Below, piece after piece: positions 10,618 through 21,261 of a DNA stretch of 64,000 nt (position 1 is the first letter of the stretch; each line of letters starts with the position of its first letter). The stretch comes from an uncultured Planctomycetota bacterium (GTDB taxonomy: Bacteria > Planctomycetota > Planctomycetia > Pirellulales > Lacipirellulaceae): positions 192,001 to 256,000 of the forward strand of contig CAVRBU010000003.1 of NCBI GenBank assembly GCA_963719315.1, written 5' to 3'. The translations under genes were made by a program, and so were the position numbers. Under the pieces are notes generated by a model, which saw only the letters and a program-made list of their open reading frames with translations, did not search any database and was not told the DNA's origin.

Positions 10618-11267
10618 CTATTCGGTTCCCCAGCGTTTCGTGAGCGTATGCTCCACGCCAATTTGGTCGCAAATGCGGGCCACCACGAAGTCGACCAAAT
10701 CGGCCGCCGATTTTACACCGTGGTACCAACCCGGCGATGCCGGCAGCACGACCGCCCCGGCTTCCGTCACACGCCGCATGTTATCAATGTGCGCCAACGA
10801 CAACGGCGTCTCGCGCGGCACGAGCACCAACGTGCGCCGTTCCTTCAAATGCACCTCGGCCGCCCGCTGAATGAGATTGCTCGCCGCCCCACAGGCTACG
10901 GCGCTTAGCGTCGTGCCACTGCATGGGCAGATCACCATTCCATCAGTGAGGTACGACCCGCTCGCCATCGGGGCCATGAAATCCTGGTGACGGAAATAGT
11001 GGACTTCACCTACAGAACCCTCTCTGCCTGGGAGAGCGCAGGGTGAGGGTGTCTTGGCCAGCGAAAAATCATCGGGCAACCGCAACTGCTTGACATCGAA
11101 CCGATCCAAATCGATATCTAGCTTTAGCTCTTGTCGAATTACTTCGCGCCCGGACGAACTAATCGACAAGTGCACATCGCGCCCCGCAGGCGCAGCGCGT
11201 CCAGCAACCGCACGGCGTAAACCGCCCCGCTAGCGCCGGTAATGCCAAGAACGATAGGATGACCCAT
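10618..11267 (-). CDS. ubiX: Flavin prenyltransferase UbiX; 1-nt frameshift near 11188, probably a sequencing error
   Basis: N-terminus MGHPIVLGITGASGAVY in another frame joins to MASGS, PCSGTTL, NLIQRAA, KERR, PRETP. Confidence 0.92.
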
Positions 11268-11407
11268 TTATGAGCAAGATATCAGTGTGCCTTGCCCTTG
11301 CCGCTCGGGGCATGGGCATGCTGGTCGACGCAGAAACATGCTCACTCCGCCGAGCCGGCGAGAGCAAGCCACTCTCGCTTCATCTGACTCTGGCTAACAG
11401 CTAGGAG

Positions 11408-12139
11408 CTAACAAGCCTTCTTCCCCACATAAAGTGTAGCCACGCCCAAAGTCAGCGGATACCGCCGGATTTCCGTCAGTCCGGCAGCACGCATTCGCTC
11501 GGCCAGCGCCTCGCCCTGCGGAAACTCGCCCACGCTTTCGGGCAGATACGCGTACGCGTCGGCCGAATCGCGGGCGAAGAAGCGGCCAATTCGCGGCAGG
11601 ACATTCCGGAAATACCAACCATAAATCGCTTTGAACGGTTGCCATGTCGGCGTTGAAAACTCCAACACGGCAACGTGGCCGCCCGGCGCGCAGGCCCGCG
11701 TCATTTCCGCAAGACCGCGGTCCGTATCTGCCACGTTACGGAGACCGAACGCCACGCACACAATCTGGAACGAATCACTCGCCACCGGCAGTGCCTGGGC
11801 ATCGGCCTCGATGAATTCGATTCGCGCATCGGCCCCGATCTTCGCCGCTTTCTGCCGACCGATCTCCAACATCTCGTGGCAAAAGTCGCCAGCCACGATC
11901 GATACCTTACCGCTGGCCGCGCGGTCGTAGGCCAGCGCCAAGTCGCCCGTGCCAGTACACACATCGAGAATCGGCAGAGGCCGGGTACCCGCTTGAGTGT
12001 GCGGCGGCACCAGCCGCACCGTACGCCACCGCCAATAGCGATCGATGCCCAGCGACAGCAGGTGATTCAAAAAATCATACCGACCGGCAATCCGGCCAAA
12101 CATTTGGCGAACACGGTCCGACGACTTGTCAACGGGCAT
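11408..12139 (-). CDS. menG: Demethylmenaquinone methyltransferase MenG/UbiE
   Basis: MFGRIAGRYDFLNHLLSLG, LDVCTGTGD, FGLRNV, AYAYLPESV. Confidence 0.95.
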   Translation of the reverse strand: MPVDKSSDRVRQMFGRIAGRYDFLNHLLSLGIDRYWRWRTVRLVPPHTQAGTRPLPILDVCTGTGDLALAYDRAASGKVSIVAGDFCHEMLEIGRQKAAKIGADARIEFIEADAQALPVASDSFQIVCVAFGLRNVADTDRGLAEMTRACAPGGHVAVLEFSTPTWQPFKAIYGWYFRNVLPRIGRFFARDSADAYAYLPESVGEFPQGEALAERMRAAGLTEIRRYPLTLGVATLYVGKKAC

Positions 12140-12210
12140 GTCGAAGATTCTAACCACAGAGGGCACGGAGGACACGGAGGGATGCCGAAAGTTTACGGTG
12201 AGAACATTGC

Positions 12211-12978
12211 ATGCTTGAACAGGTCAATGTCCATTATCTACCGAGCCACGTGGCTGAAGATGCGCTCGCTGGAAGTGCGGTTGTTGTAATCGATCTTCTC
12301 CGGGCGACCACAACGATTTGCCAGGCACTAGCGTCGGGCGCCCGTGAGGTCGTACCCTTCCGCGAGATCGATGAAACGCTCTCCGCCGCCGCGAAAATCG
12401 GCCGCGATCAAGTCGTGCTCGGCGGCGAACGTGGTGGAAAGCGAATCGAGGGTTTCGATCTGGGCAACTCACCGAGTGAGTACACGTCCGAGCGGATAAA
12501 GGGCCGCCCCGTATTCATCACCACGACCAACGGGACGCAAGCACTTCACCACGCTCGGCTGGCGCGGCGAGTATTCATCGGCGCAATTCTGAACCTCTCC
12601 GCCGTCATCGCATCTATTAAGGATGAGCCTCGAATCGATATTCTATGCGCCGGCACCGGAGGTCAAGAAACCCATGAAGATATTCTGGCGGCCGGCGCGA
12701 TCGTCCACCAACTCAGTAAGCTGCCTAATGTAAACGATTTTCAACTAAACGATTCAGCGGCACTCGCCGGGGGCCAGTGGAGTCTTGTGCTTACAAAGGC
12801 CAAGCTTGCAGGCCGTACGGTGCAGGAAGAATTAACAATGCAACTTCGCGACACCCTCGGCGGCCGCAACCTCATCGAAGTCGGCCTCGAAAGCGACCTC
12901 GCCGATTGTGCGGCAATCGATAAACTAAACATTGCGCCGAAGCTGGATGTGCCCAACTGGGGAATCACCGTCCCCTAA
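12211..12978 (+). CDS. comB: 2-phosphosulfolactate phosphatase family
   Basis: VVIDLLRATT, GGERGG, FDLGNSP, TTTNGT, EDILAAG. Confidence 0.92.
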   Translation: MLEQVNVHYLPSHVAEDALAGSAVVVIDLLRATTTICQALASGAREVVPFREIDETLSAAAKIGRDQVVLGGERGGKRIEGFDLGNSPSEYTSERIKGRPVFITTTNGTQALHHARLARRVFIGAILNLSAVIASIKDEPRIDILCAGTGGQETHEDILAAGAIVHQLSKLPNVNDFQLNDSAALAGGQWSLVLTKAKLAGRTVQEELTMQLRDTLGGRNLIEVGLESDLADCAAIDKLNIAPKLDVPNWGITVP

Positions 12979-13257
12979 CTACAAAATAACCCGCGCTGGA
13001 CGCTTGCCAACAATCAGCGGTAAAATACCTCGCACACATAACTAAGAAGATCCAAGGCGATTTAACCACGGAGAGTACGAAGAACACGGAGGAATGTAAA
13101 AGCAATTTGTCATTGCAAATTTGTCATTTGTCATTTGGCCATATCCGAAATCTCCAATTTCAAATGACAAATTTGCAATGGCAAATCATATCTTTACTTC
13201 TCCGTGTTCTCCGTGCTCTCCGTGGTGAATCCGCCTGCAAATAAACGAGCATGCACC

Positions 13258-14712
13258 ATGGACATGGACAAACTAGTCGCCCTCTGCCGCCGCCGCGGGT
13301 TCTTATTTCAATCGAGCGAAATCTACGGCGGCCTCAATGGCTTCTGGGACTACGGCCCGCTCGGCGTCGAACTGAAGCGCAACATCAAAGAAGCCTGGTG
13401 GCGCGACATGATCACCGGCCACAACGAACTGGTGAAGTCGCCCGGCGCCCCCTCGACCTACGAAATGGTCGGTCTCGATGCCTCGATTATCATGCACCCG
13501 CAGGTGTGGAAATGCTCAGGGCACTACGACTTGTTTCACGACATGATGGTCGACTGCAAAGCGTGCAAAGGGCGGTGGCGGGCCGATCACCTGCAATCGG
13601 CCGAGTGTCCGCAAAAGCCCAGCAAGCGCCCGGGCGAATTCGAAAAATGTAGTCTTACCGAGCCGCGTGAATTCAACCTGATGTTCAAAACGATCGTCGG
13701 CGCGATGGGCGGCGAAGAGGACGCCGCGTTCCTACGCCCCGAAACGGCCCAAGGCATCTTCGTCAATTTCAAAAACGTCTGCGACAGCACGCGCGTGAGA
13801 ATTCCGTTCGGCATCGCCCAGATCGGCAAAAGCTTTCGCAACGAAATCACGCCCCGAAACTTCACGTTCCGCTCGCGCGAGTTCGAGCAGATGGAGATCG
13901 AATTCTTCTGCCACCCGACGACCTCGCGAAAGTGGTACGAATACTGGCGCGACCGCCGCATGGCGTGGTACAAGAATCTCGGACTCGCTGGCGAACGGCT
14001 ACGCCTCCGCGAACACGATAAGGATGAACTTAGCCACTACTCGGTTGGCACTGCCGATATCGAGTATGCGTTCCCGTTTCTCTCCGCCGGCGAGTATGGC
14101 GAACTGGAAGGCATCGCCCATCGAGGCGATTTCGACCTTCGCAGTCACATGGAAGGCAAGCTTGTGAAGAACGCCGAGGGTTGCCTGGAAGTTGAGCTCG
14201 ACGCCGACGGCAAACCAAAACACCGCGGCAGCGGCCGCGACCTCACCTACCGTGACGATATCACCAACGAACGCTTCACGCCCCACGTGATCGAGCCAAG
14301 TGCCGGTGCCGACCGCGGCACGCTCGCGTTCCTGTGCGAGGCCTATCACGAAGATCAGGCCCCCGATGACAAAGGCGACATGCAAACCCGCACCGTGATG
14401 AAATTCCACCCGCGGATCGCACCGGTGAAGGTGGCCGTCTTTCCGCTCGTGAAAAAAGACGGCATGCCCGATGCCGCGAAGGAGATTTACACCGCCCTCA
14501 AACGCCGCTTCGTCACGTTCTACGATGAAAAGGGCGCCGTCGGCCGCCGCTACCGCCGCCAGGACGAAGCCGGCACGCCGTTCTGCATCACCGTCGACGG
14601 TCAGACCCTGCAAGACGGCACTGTCACCATCCGCGACCGCGACTCGCTCGAACAATGGCGCTGCAAATCGGCGGACGTGGTCGAAGAAATCGCAAAGCGG
14701 GTCGAAAGCTAG
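13258..14712 (+). CDS. glyQS: Glycine--tRNA ligase, alpha2 type
   Basis: EIYGG..GFWDYGPLGVELK, LRPETAQGIF, GKSFRNEITP, REFEQME, GRRYRRQDEAGTP. Confidence 0.97.
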   Translation: MDMDKLVALCRRRGFLFQSSEIYGGLNGFWDYGPLGVELKRNIKEAWWRDMITGHNELVKSPGAPSTYEMVGLDASIIMHPQVWKCSGHYDLFHDMMVDCKACKGRWRADHLQSAECPQKPSKRPGEFEKCSLTEPREFNLMFKTIVGAMGGEEDAAFLRPETAQGIFVNFKNVCDSTRVRIPFGIAQIGKSFRNEITPRNFTFRSREFEQMEIEFFCHPTTSRKWYEYWRDRRMAWYKNLGLAGERLRLREHDKDELSHYSVGTADIEYAFPFLSAGEYGELEGIAHRGDFDLRSHMEGKLVKNAEGCLEVELDADGKPKHRGSGRDLTYRDDITNERFTPHVIEPSAGADRGTLAFLCEAYHEDQAPDDKGDMQTRTVMKFHPRIAPVKVAVFPLVKKDGMPDAAKEIYTALKRRFVTFYDEKGAVGRRYRRQDEAGTPFCITVDGQTLQDGTVTIRDRDSLEQWRCKSADVVEEIAKRVES

Positions 14713-14713
14713 T

Positions 14714-14766
14714 GTAGCCATCTCGCTCCGCGAGATGAATTTTCTCTCGCGGAGCGAGAGAACTAC
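14714..14766. repeat. GTAG-type REP doublet between convergent genes
   Basis: GTAGCCATCTCGCTCCGCGAGATG and an inverted CTCTCGCGGAGCGAGAGAACTAC. Confidence 0.75.
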
Positions 14767-14767
14767 A

Positions 14768-15586
14768 TTACCAACCGCCGCCCAGCCGCGTCGCCAATTG
14801 GTCGAGCTGACCTTTGAGATTCGTGAGCAACACGTGCGGGCTGGAGCCGCGCGCCAATTCGGCATAGAACGCCGGAGCGCCGCCGCCCGCTCGCATCGTC
14901 GTGAGCACTTCAGCCGTCTGCTGCAACTGGCCGAGGCGGGCGTGAACATCTTGCAACTTGCCGGCCGCATAGCGACTGTGCCGCCAGAGTCGCGATACGA
15001 CGAGCACCAGGCCCAGGATCAGCGTCCCTTGGCCGCCGAGCGCCAGACCGAGCGACAGGTTCCAATAGACCATGATCTTCGTCGCTAGCGACCACGCTAT
15101 CAGCGAAACGCCGCCGGCGAGTGCGAGCGATCCGGTAAGCACGATGAACCAGGCCAAAATTTGGCTGCTCTCACTGCGTCGCGATTGCAATACCGCATTC
15201 GCCGCGGCGGAATTGGGATTTGGTGTGATAGGTGCTGCTGGTGTTAAATCGAATTGGCCGAACAAGTCTTGCGGTGGTTCGAAGCGGCGGCGATTTGTAT
15301 TCGCGGAAGCCGCCGACTTGATTGCAACGATGCCGGGCCGCCTCAATTCGCGCGCCACGTTGCGGACGCGTTGTCGTGCCTGCCAGTCGTCCTTGCGAAG
15401 CGGCGACACGGTCGCCGCAACTGCTGGCGCGGCCTGCTCGTCAAGCGCGATGCCCTCATCGCAGACCCGTGCCGATTGCATCAACTTCTTCCCGCGAACC
15501 GGTTGCTGGCAGCGCGAGCAAACGACTCGACCGCTGGTCGCATGGGCCACGCCGGGTGTATCTTGCTGGCACGTGCTACACCACAT
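14768..15586 (-). CDS. Hypothetical membrane protein with N-terminal zinc-ribbon
   Basis: MWCSTC...CSRC, two TM helices, C-terminal coiled coil. Confidence 0.75.
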   Translation of the reverse strand: MWCSTCQQDTPGVAHATSGRVVCSRCQQPVRGKKLMQSARVCDEGIALDEQAAPAVAATVSPLRKDDWQARQRVRNVARELRRPGIVAIKSAASANTNRRRFEPPQDLFGQFDLTPAAPITPNPNSAAANAVLQSRRSESSQILAWFIVLTGSLALAGGVSLIAWSLATKIMVYWNLSLGLALGGQGTLILGLVLVVSRLWRHSRYAAGKLQDVHARLGQLQQTAEVLTTMRAGGGAPAFYAELARGSSPHVLLTNLKGQLDQLATRLGGGW

Positions 15587-15750
15587 TCGACTGCCTTTTT
15601 CGATCTTGATCCGTGCTCGTAGCAAGCGATGCCACTGCGCGGAATGCCTCCGACACCGCGCACTCGCGACATTGATATCGGCACCGCACTGCGCGAAACT
15701 GTAACGATTCGGCAAGAGATGCGGCCCGCCTTTTCAGACGCTAATAGCCA

Positions 15751-15805
15751 ATAGCGGCGATGCTACGCATCGCAGGGGCCCGGCGAAGCGCAGCATCGCG
15801 GCTAT
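15751..15805. repeat. Palindromic repeat family (GCGATGCGTAGCATCGCGGCT); also at 21238-21264 and 49449-49469
   Basis: Three near-identical intergenic palindromes. Confidence 0.75.
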
Positions 15806-17708
15806 TTCTGTTTAGAAGCAGTATTCGCCGCGCCAGGTTCATACCACTCGCCGCGCAGCCACGAGACGAGCGTTGCCAGGTCCTCTGCGCTCAACCGGTT
15901 CGCAGGGTCGCCGGGGTGGGGCGCAAACGCCGGCATGTGATCGTTCTCGTCGCGATAGAATCGCTCGTCGGCCGGATTGCTGAGAAACGCCGTGAGCCAC
16001 TCGCGCGAAGCGTAGCCGCTTAAATCGGGCGCCGAGCCGAGATCGCCCTCCGTGCGGAACTTGTGGCAATCGATGCAGGCGAACACGTCCACGACGGCCT
16101 TGCGCCCGGCATCAACTCGCTTGTCCAAATCGGCAACCGGCGGAATTGAATGCCCGCCTTCGACGGCCAACGCCAAGGCCACATCATCCATCGCCTGCCG
16201 ATACTTCGCCAGCTCGCCTCCTTTCAGTTCCTTGAGTTGATCGCCAATCGTTTCCTTGACGAATTTCACCATCTCGCCATCCTTGAACGCCGTGTTGCCG
16301 AAATAGTTCGTACCGGCAACGAGCTCGGGATCAAGAATCCCGCGGACCCAATCGATGCTGCCAAAGTTCCAAAGATTCGACGCGCTCGATTTCTCGGCGA
16401 CGATGATTTGCGCCGCGTCATTCGTTTCAGTCGAGTCCCGCGGCGCATGATTGTGGCACGCTGCGCAATGCTCGCGGAACAGCTTGGGCCCCTGCGTCTT
16501 CGGATCGCTGTGTAACAGCGCGAACGCCCCCGTCGGCGGAATACCGCTCGGCGAGCTCGCTAGCTCTACCGCCCGCTCAGCCTGCGCTTCCGCATCCGCA
16601 ACGGCCGCCAGGTAATGCTTCGACTCCGGCGTTGCCCCGCTGTGGTCATCGTGCCAAGCCAGCGCCGTCAGCACTCCGGCGCCGGCCAGCAGCGCGAACG
16701 TCCAAACTACATTAAACCGGTGCCCCAACCGCCAATGCCCGATGAACGGCATCAAAAACAGCGACAACATCACAAGTCCGGGCACAACGATCGCGCCCAC
16801 GATCGGTGGAAATCCCTCCAAATACTTGAGCGATTGGAACAGGAACAAAAAGTACGTCTCAGGCCGTGCCGCTGCATAACTCTCCGCGGGATTGGCCGTG
16901 CGCCAAGCTCGGCGCCGAGTTGCTCCGCAATCGGCATGCGCGGATCGGCCGTTGGATAGTTTCGCAGAACCAATACGAGCACCACAATCGACACACCGAG
17001 GCATGCCACCGCATCCCGCAGCACTTGCTCGGGCCAAAACGTGGTGTCTGGCGCGCGGTTCGGATCGCGGACCGTCAGCCCGTGCCGGCGGAACAATAGC
17101 ACGTGCATCGTCAGAAAGATCGTCAGCAGCGCCGGCAGCACGCCCGCGTGCAAAGCGAAGAACCGAGTTAGCGTATGATGCCCATAGTCGCTGCCGCCGA
17201 CTATCAGTTGTTGCAATGGTTTGCCGACCACGGGCACCAACCCCGTCATATTCGTCGCAACTTTCGTGGCCCAATATCCCTTCTGGTCCCATGGCAAAAG
17301 GTAGCCGGTGAGGGCGAGCCCCAGCACGATCTGCATCAAGATGAGACCGAGCCAGAAATTGATCTCGCGCGGTGCGCGGTACGCCCCGTCGATCACCACT
17401 TGCACGAAGTGCACGGCCATCAGCACGACCATCATCTGGGCCGTAAAGTGATGCACACCGCGCAGCAGCCAGCCGGCCGTCATTTGATTCTGAATGTAAT
17501 AGACGCTCTCCCACGCCGTTTGGGCGCTGGCACTATAAGCGGCCCACAGAATGAGCCCCGTCACCACCTGCACGAAAAAGCAAAAGCTGAGCGTGCTGCC
17601 CCACACATATCGCCACCGTGCGCCGCCCGGAATATGCTCGTACAGCGCGGCATGCGTGAATGCCCGAATGCCGGTGCGGTGATCGAGCCAATCGAGAAAG
17701 CGATTCAT
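15802..17708 (-). CDS. petB: Cytochrome b of a Rieske/cytb complex fused to a diheme cytochrome c; frameshift near 16890
   Basis: GWLLRGVHH, YRAPREINFW, TGYLLPWDQKGYWA, TLTRFFALH; second frame gives ARPETYF, CAACH and CIDCH. Confidence 0.9.
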
Positions 17709-18319
17709 TCAACCGGCTTCCTTTCCGGAATTCCCTTCAGAAAGTTCTCGAAGGCAACGAGAATCTCGGCTTGTTCGCCCGTGTCCTCAATTCTGACTTC
17801 CAGCGGATCCATGCCGCGCCGGCTAGGCCCATACAACTGCTTCCCATCCTTGTTGAAAGCGCTTTTGTGACAGGGACATTCGAAGTTCCCATCAGCCGGG
17901 TTGAAATCGACGAAGCAGCCCAAATGCGGGCAGGCCGCATTGAATGCGATGACATTTGGTTGGCCGGTCGCTTTGGCCCGCTTCAAAAAAATCATGCCGA
18001 TCCGCTGATTGGCGGCTTGCGTCCAGCCATCGACAACGTCAGAAATCACCGGAAACGCCCGCGGCACGCCGTCATCCTGCAGGGCATCCAGCGAGCAAAT
18101 CCGCACGAATTTCACGCCGTTCGCGTCAACGGGCCCCGATGTCCCGCCGGTCGAAGCCGCCCGTCGGCCGCGCCGCCAAGGATCGATGACGACACCCAGC
18201 CCGGCCGCAAACGGAAACAACGCCACCAAGCCACCACACACGACCGCGGCAAACTGGACAAGAAACGAACGTCGTGCCGCATCGTCGCCGGAAGCTTTGG
18301 AAGAACCGCTTTCGTTCAT
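17705..18319 (-). CDS. Rieske 2Fe-2S subunit
   Basis: Tat-like RRSFL, CPHLGC, CPCHKSAF, GPSRRGMD; overlaps the cytochrome b start. Confidence 0.93.
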   Translation of the reverse strand: MNESGSSKASGDDAARRSFLVQFAAVVCGGLVALFPFAAGLGVVIDPWRRGRRAASTGGTSGPVDANGVKFVRICSLDALQDDGVPRAFPVISDVVDGWTQAANQRIGMIFLKRAKATGQPNVIAFNAACPHLGCFVDFNPADGNFECPCHKSAFNKDGKQLYGPSRRGMDPLEVRIEDTGEQAEILVAFENFLKGIPERKPVE

Positions 18320-18334
18320 GCCACTATGGTAAGA

Positions 18335-18405
18335 AGTCAAGAGTCGAGAGTCGAGAGCCAGAAGCTCGCTGCTGGCTCTCGACTCTCGACTCTCCGCTCT
18401 TGACT
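18335..18405. repeat. Inverted heptamer repeat (GAGAGTC)n/(GACTCTC)n; related copy at 46938-46960
   Basis: AGTCAAGAGTCGAGAGTCGAGAGCCAG ... CTGGCTCTCGACTCTCGACTCTCCGCTCTTGACT. Confidence 0.8.
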
Positions 18406-19384
18406 ACTCCATCGCCGCGCTCACTGCCGCAATCACCGCCGGCTCCGCCTTGCTGAGCGGCCCGCGGTAGCGCACGCCCGCCGCCGCTTTGTGACCGCCG
18501 CCGCCGAACTGCCCGGCGATCGCGTTTACATCCAACTTCGCGCGACTTCGCAGACTCACTTTCGTTTCTTCCGGCGACATTTCCATAAACAACACTGCCG
18601 CCTCCGCGCCCTGTACGCCCAGTAGGCGGTTGATCACATCTTCGGTGTCGGTCGATTCAGCTCCAACCGCGTCGAGATCGGCTTGCGTGATGGCGGTCGT
18701 CAGCAATCGGCCGCCCAAATGCGATTTCACGTTCGTCAGAATTCGCCCCTGTAACCAAATTCGCGCCAACGTGTTCTGTTCGTACAGTTTCGCGAAGACA
18801 GCATTCGGCTCTACGCCAGCCGCGACCAATCGCGCCGCTGCCTGGAACGTTTCCTCCCCCACGGATGCGAACCGAAACCAACCCGTGTCGGTGCCAATCG
18901 CCGCAAACAGTGGTATCGCCATCTCCGCCGTCAACTTCACGCCGAGCGCATCGATCGCTTGCAGCACGAGCCGACCTGTCGATTCGGCCGTCGTATCCTT
19001 GAACACCACGGCTCCCAAATCGTCTTGACTCACATGATGATCGATGACGATCTTCCGCGCGTTCGAGTTGCGAACGACATCGGCCATCGGTCCCAACTGC
19101 GCCCACGCACTCGTATCCACCACGATATGCACATCGCACGCCAGCTCGTTCGCGGCGAAATCGCTTCCGAGCACTTGCACATCGTCATCTGGGTCGATAA
19201 ACGCGATGTGCGGCGGCACGCTGTCGCCATTGACGATTCGCACCGTCTTGCCCAACGATCGCAGCGCGAGGGCCAGCCCCAGTTCGCTGCCGATCGCGTC
19301 ACAATCCGGCCGCATGTGGCTCGTGAGCGCGAACGAACGCGCCTCGCTCACGAGTTTCGTAAATGGTCGCCAATCAATCGTCAT
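18404..19384 (-). CDS. nrnA: DHH/DHHA1 nanoRNase/pAp phosphatase NrnA
   Basis: HMRPDCDAIGS, IDHH, TDTGWF, SLRS, GGGGHKAAAG. Confidence 0.92.
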   Translation of the reverse strand: MTIDWRPFTKLVSEARSFALTSHMRPDCDAIGSELGLALALRSLGKTVRIVNGDSVPPHIAFIDPDDDVQVLGSDFAANELACDVHIVVDTSAWAQLGPMADVVRNSNARKIVIDHHVSQDDLGAVVFKDTTAESTGRLVLQAIDALGVKLTAEMAIPLFAAIGTDTGWFRFASVGEETFQAAARLVAAGVEPNAVFAKLYEQNTLARIWLQGRILTNVKSHLGGRLLTTAITQADLDAVGAESTDTEDVINRLLGVQGAEAAVLFMEMSPEETKVSLRSRAKLDVNAIAGQFGGGGHKAAAGVRYRGPLSKAEPAVIAAVSAAME

Positions 19385-20312
19385 CGATGTGCTATCTGTT
19401 TCACCTGCTCGATATCCCGCTGCAACTGGTCCACCAGCGCCGCGGCCGAATCAAACGGCCGAATGTCCCGCAATCTCTCCAGGAAGTCAACCTCCAGCGG
19501 CTGACCGTACAGCGGTTCATTGTATTCGATCAAGTGAACCTCGACGCGAATCATCGCATCGCCGAACGTGGGGCTCGGTCCTAAATTAATTGCCGCCGCA
19601 TATTGCGAAGCGCCCACCATCGCCCTACCGGCGTATACTCCCTGGGCCGGTAGCAAAGTATCGACGCCGCTGAGGTTCGCGGTCGGAAAACCAATTTTAG
19701 CGCCGCGCCCTGCGCCGTGTGTGACCAGGCCGCGAATCCGATACGGCGCCGACAGCAGAGCGTTTGCTTGCTCCACGTTTCCTGCCCGAATCAAGTCGCG
19801 CACCCGCGAACTCGAAACGATCGCTCCGTCGATCTCGACCGGTTCGACGACATCGAGCGACATGCCGGCGCCCGCGCCAGCTCACCCAATCGCGCGATCG
19901 TTCCTTCGCGATCGTGGCCGAAATAAAAATTCGGTCCCTCGACGAGCGCCTTGGCCGCCAAGCTGCCGCGCACAATGTGCTCAAAAAATGCCGTGGCCGA
20001 AAGCTCAAGCAGCGACTCGTCGGTCGGATAGGCGACAATCCAGTCGACGCCCTGCGCCGCCAGCAATTCGGCCTTGCGCTCCGTCCAAGTGAGCGGCGGC
20101 GGGCACTGCTCCGGCCGCAGCAGCCGCACGGGATGCGGATCGAATGTGAATACAATCGCCGGCCCGCCCACCGCCGCGGCGCGTTCCAGCAGCCGCCGCA
20201 CAATCGCCACGTGCCCCCGATGCACTCCATCGAAATTCCCGATCGAAACAGCGCCCCCGCCGGCTACTACCGGAAACGCATCAAGTGACCGAATGATGTG
20301 CATGATCTTCAA
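19381..20312 (-). CDS. ribF: Bifunctional riboflavin kinase/FAD synthetase; frameshift near 19870
   Basis: IGNFDGVHRGH, TFDPHP, GPNFYFG in one frame; SSSRVR, GFPTAN, GVYAG, EVHL in the next. Confidence 0.95.
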
Positions 20313-20333
20313 CGCGACCCGACCGCTTGCGGC

Positions 20334-21209
20334 TTAGCGCGAACTAGCCTGAAACGCCTGCGGCAAGTAATCAATCAAATCAGTCGCAATGAGCGACACC
20401 TGCCCCAACTCCCGCGCCGCCAAATCGCCCGCCAACCCATGCACATGCACGCCCAACCGCGCCGCATCAAACGGCGAGAGTCCTTGGCAGAGCAGGGCGG
20501 TGATGACGCCGGTGAGCACATCCCCGCTACCGCCTGTGGCCATGCCGGGGTTCCCCGTCTGATTGAGGCTGTATCGCTGGCCATCCGTCACGACCGTCTG
20601 ATGTCCTTTGAGGACGACGATCAGGCTGCCATTGGGATTGCGCCGTGCGAATTCCGCGGCTGCCGTAACCCGCTCCGTACCTTCTGGCAATTTGCCCGTC
20701 AGCCGTGCGAACTCGCCGGGGTGCGGCGTCAACACGCGCGGGGATTCGCACGATCTAATTCCATCCGCCCTTACCGCCAGCGCGAATAGCGCATCGGCGT
20801 CAATCACCATTGGCTTGCTGATACCGGAATTCACTAATTCGACAAAATCGACAAGCGGATCCGATCGGCCGAGGCCCGGCCCGAGTGCCATAGCCGTCGC
20901 GCTTTGGTTAAACTCCCGGACGCCTGGAGCTGCCAACTTGGCGATCTGTCCATCCGAGTCATCGAGCCCATGCGTCATGTAGCACGGGCTCAAGTCTGAA
21001 ACCACATTCTGAATCGACTGCGGCACGGCCAGTGTCACCAAACCCGCGCCGCTGCGGAGCGTCGCCAGGCCCGCCAGCGAAATCGCGCCACTCATCCCGC
21101 GTGAACCGCCTATCAAGAGTGCCCGGCCGTAATCGCCTTTGTGGCTGTCCGCACTACGCGGCGCCAACATCGGAAGCGGAGTATGAGTCTGATCTTCAAG
21201 CGATGTCAT
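20334..21209 (-). CDS. nnrD: ADP-dependent NAD(P)H-hydrate dehydratase
   Basis: SHKGDYG, GGSRGMSGA, GPGLG, IDADAL, LTPHPGEF, GGSGDVLTG. Confidence 0.93.
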   Translation of the reverse strand: MTSLEDQTHTPLPMLAPRSADSHKGDYGRALLIGGSRGMSGAISLAGLATLRSGAGLVTLAVPQSIQNVVSDLSPCYMTHGLDDSDGQIAKLAAPGVREFNQSATAMALGPGLGRSDPLVDFVELVNSGISKPMVIDADALFALAVRADGIRSCESPRVLTPHPGEFARLTGKLPEGTERVTAAAEFARRNPNGSLIVVLKGHQTVVTDGQRYSLNQTGNPGMATGGSGDVLTGVITALLCQGLSPFDAARLGVHVHGLAGDLAARELGQVSLIATDLIDYLPQAFQASSR

Positions 21210-21261
21210 TTTTCGTTCACGAATAACAATCCCAAAATAGCCGCGATGCGTAGCATCGCGG

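Noticed and set aside
13000..13257. T-box riboswitch before glyQS
   Set aside because: No T-box consensus visible; structure is explained by short-repeat hairpins
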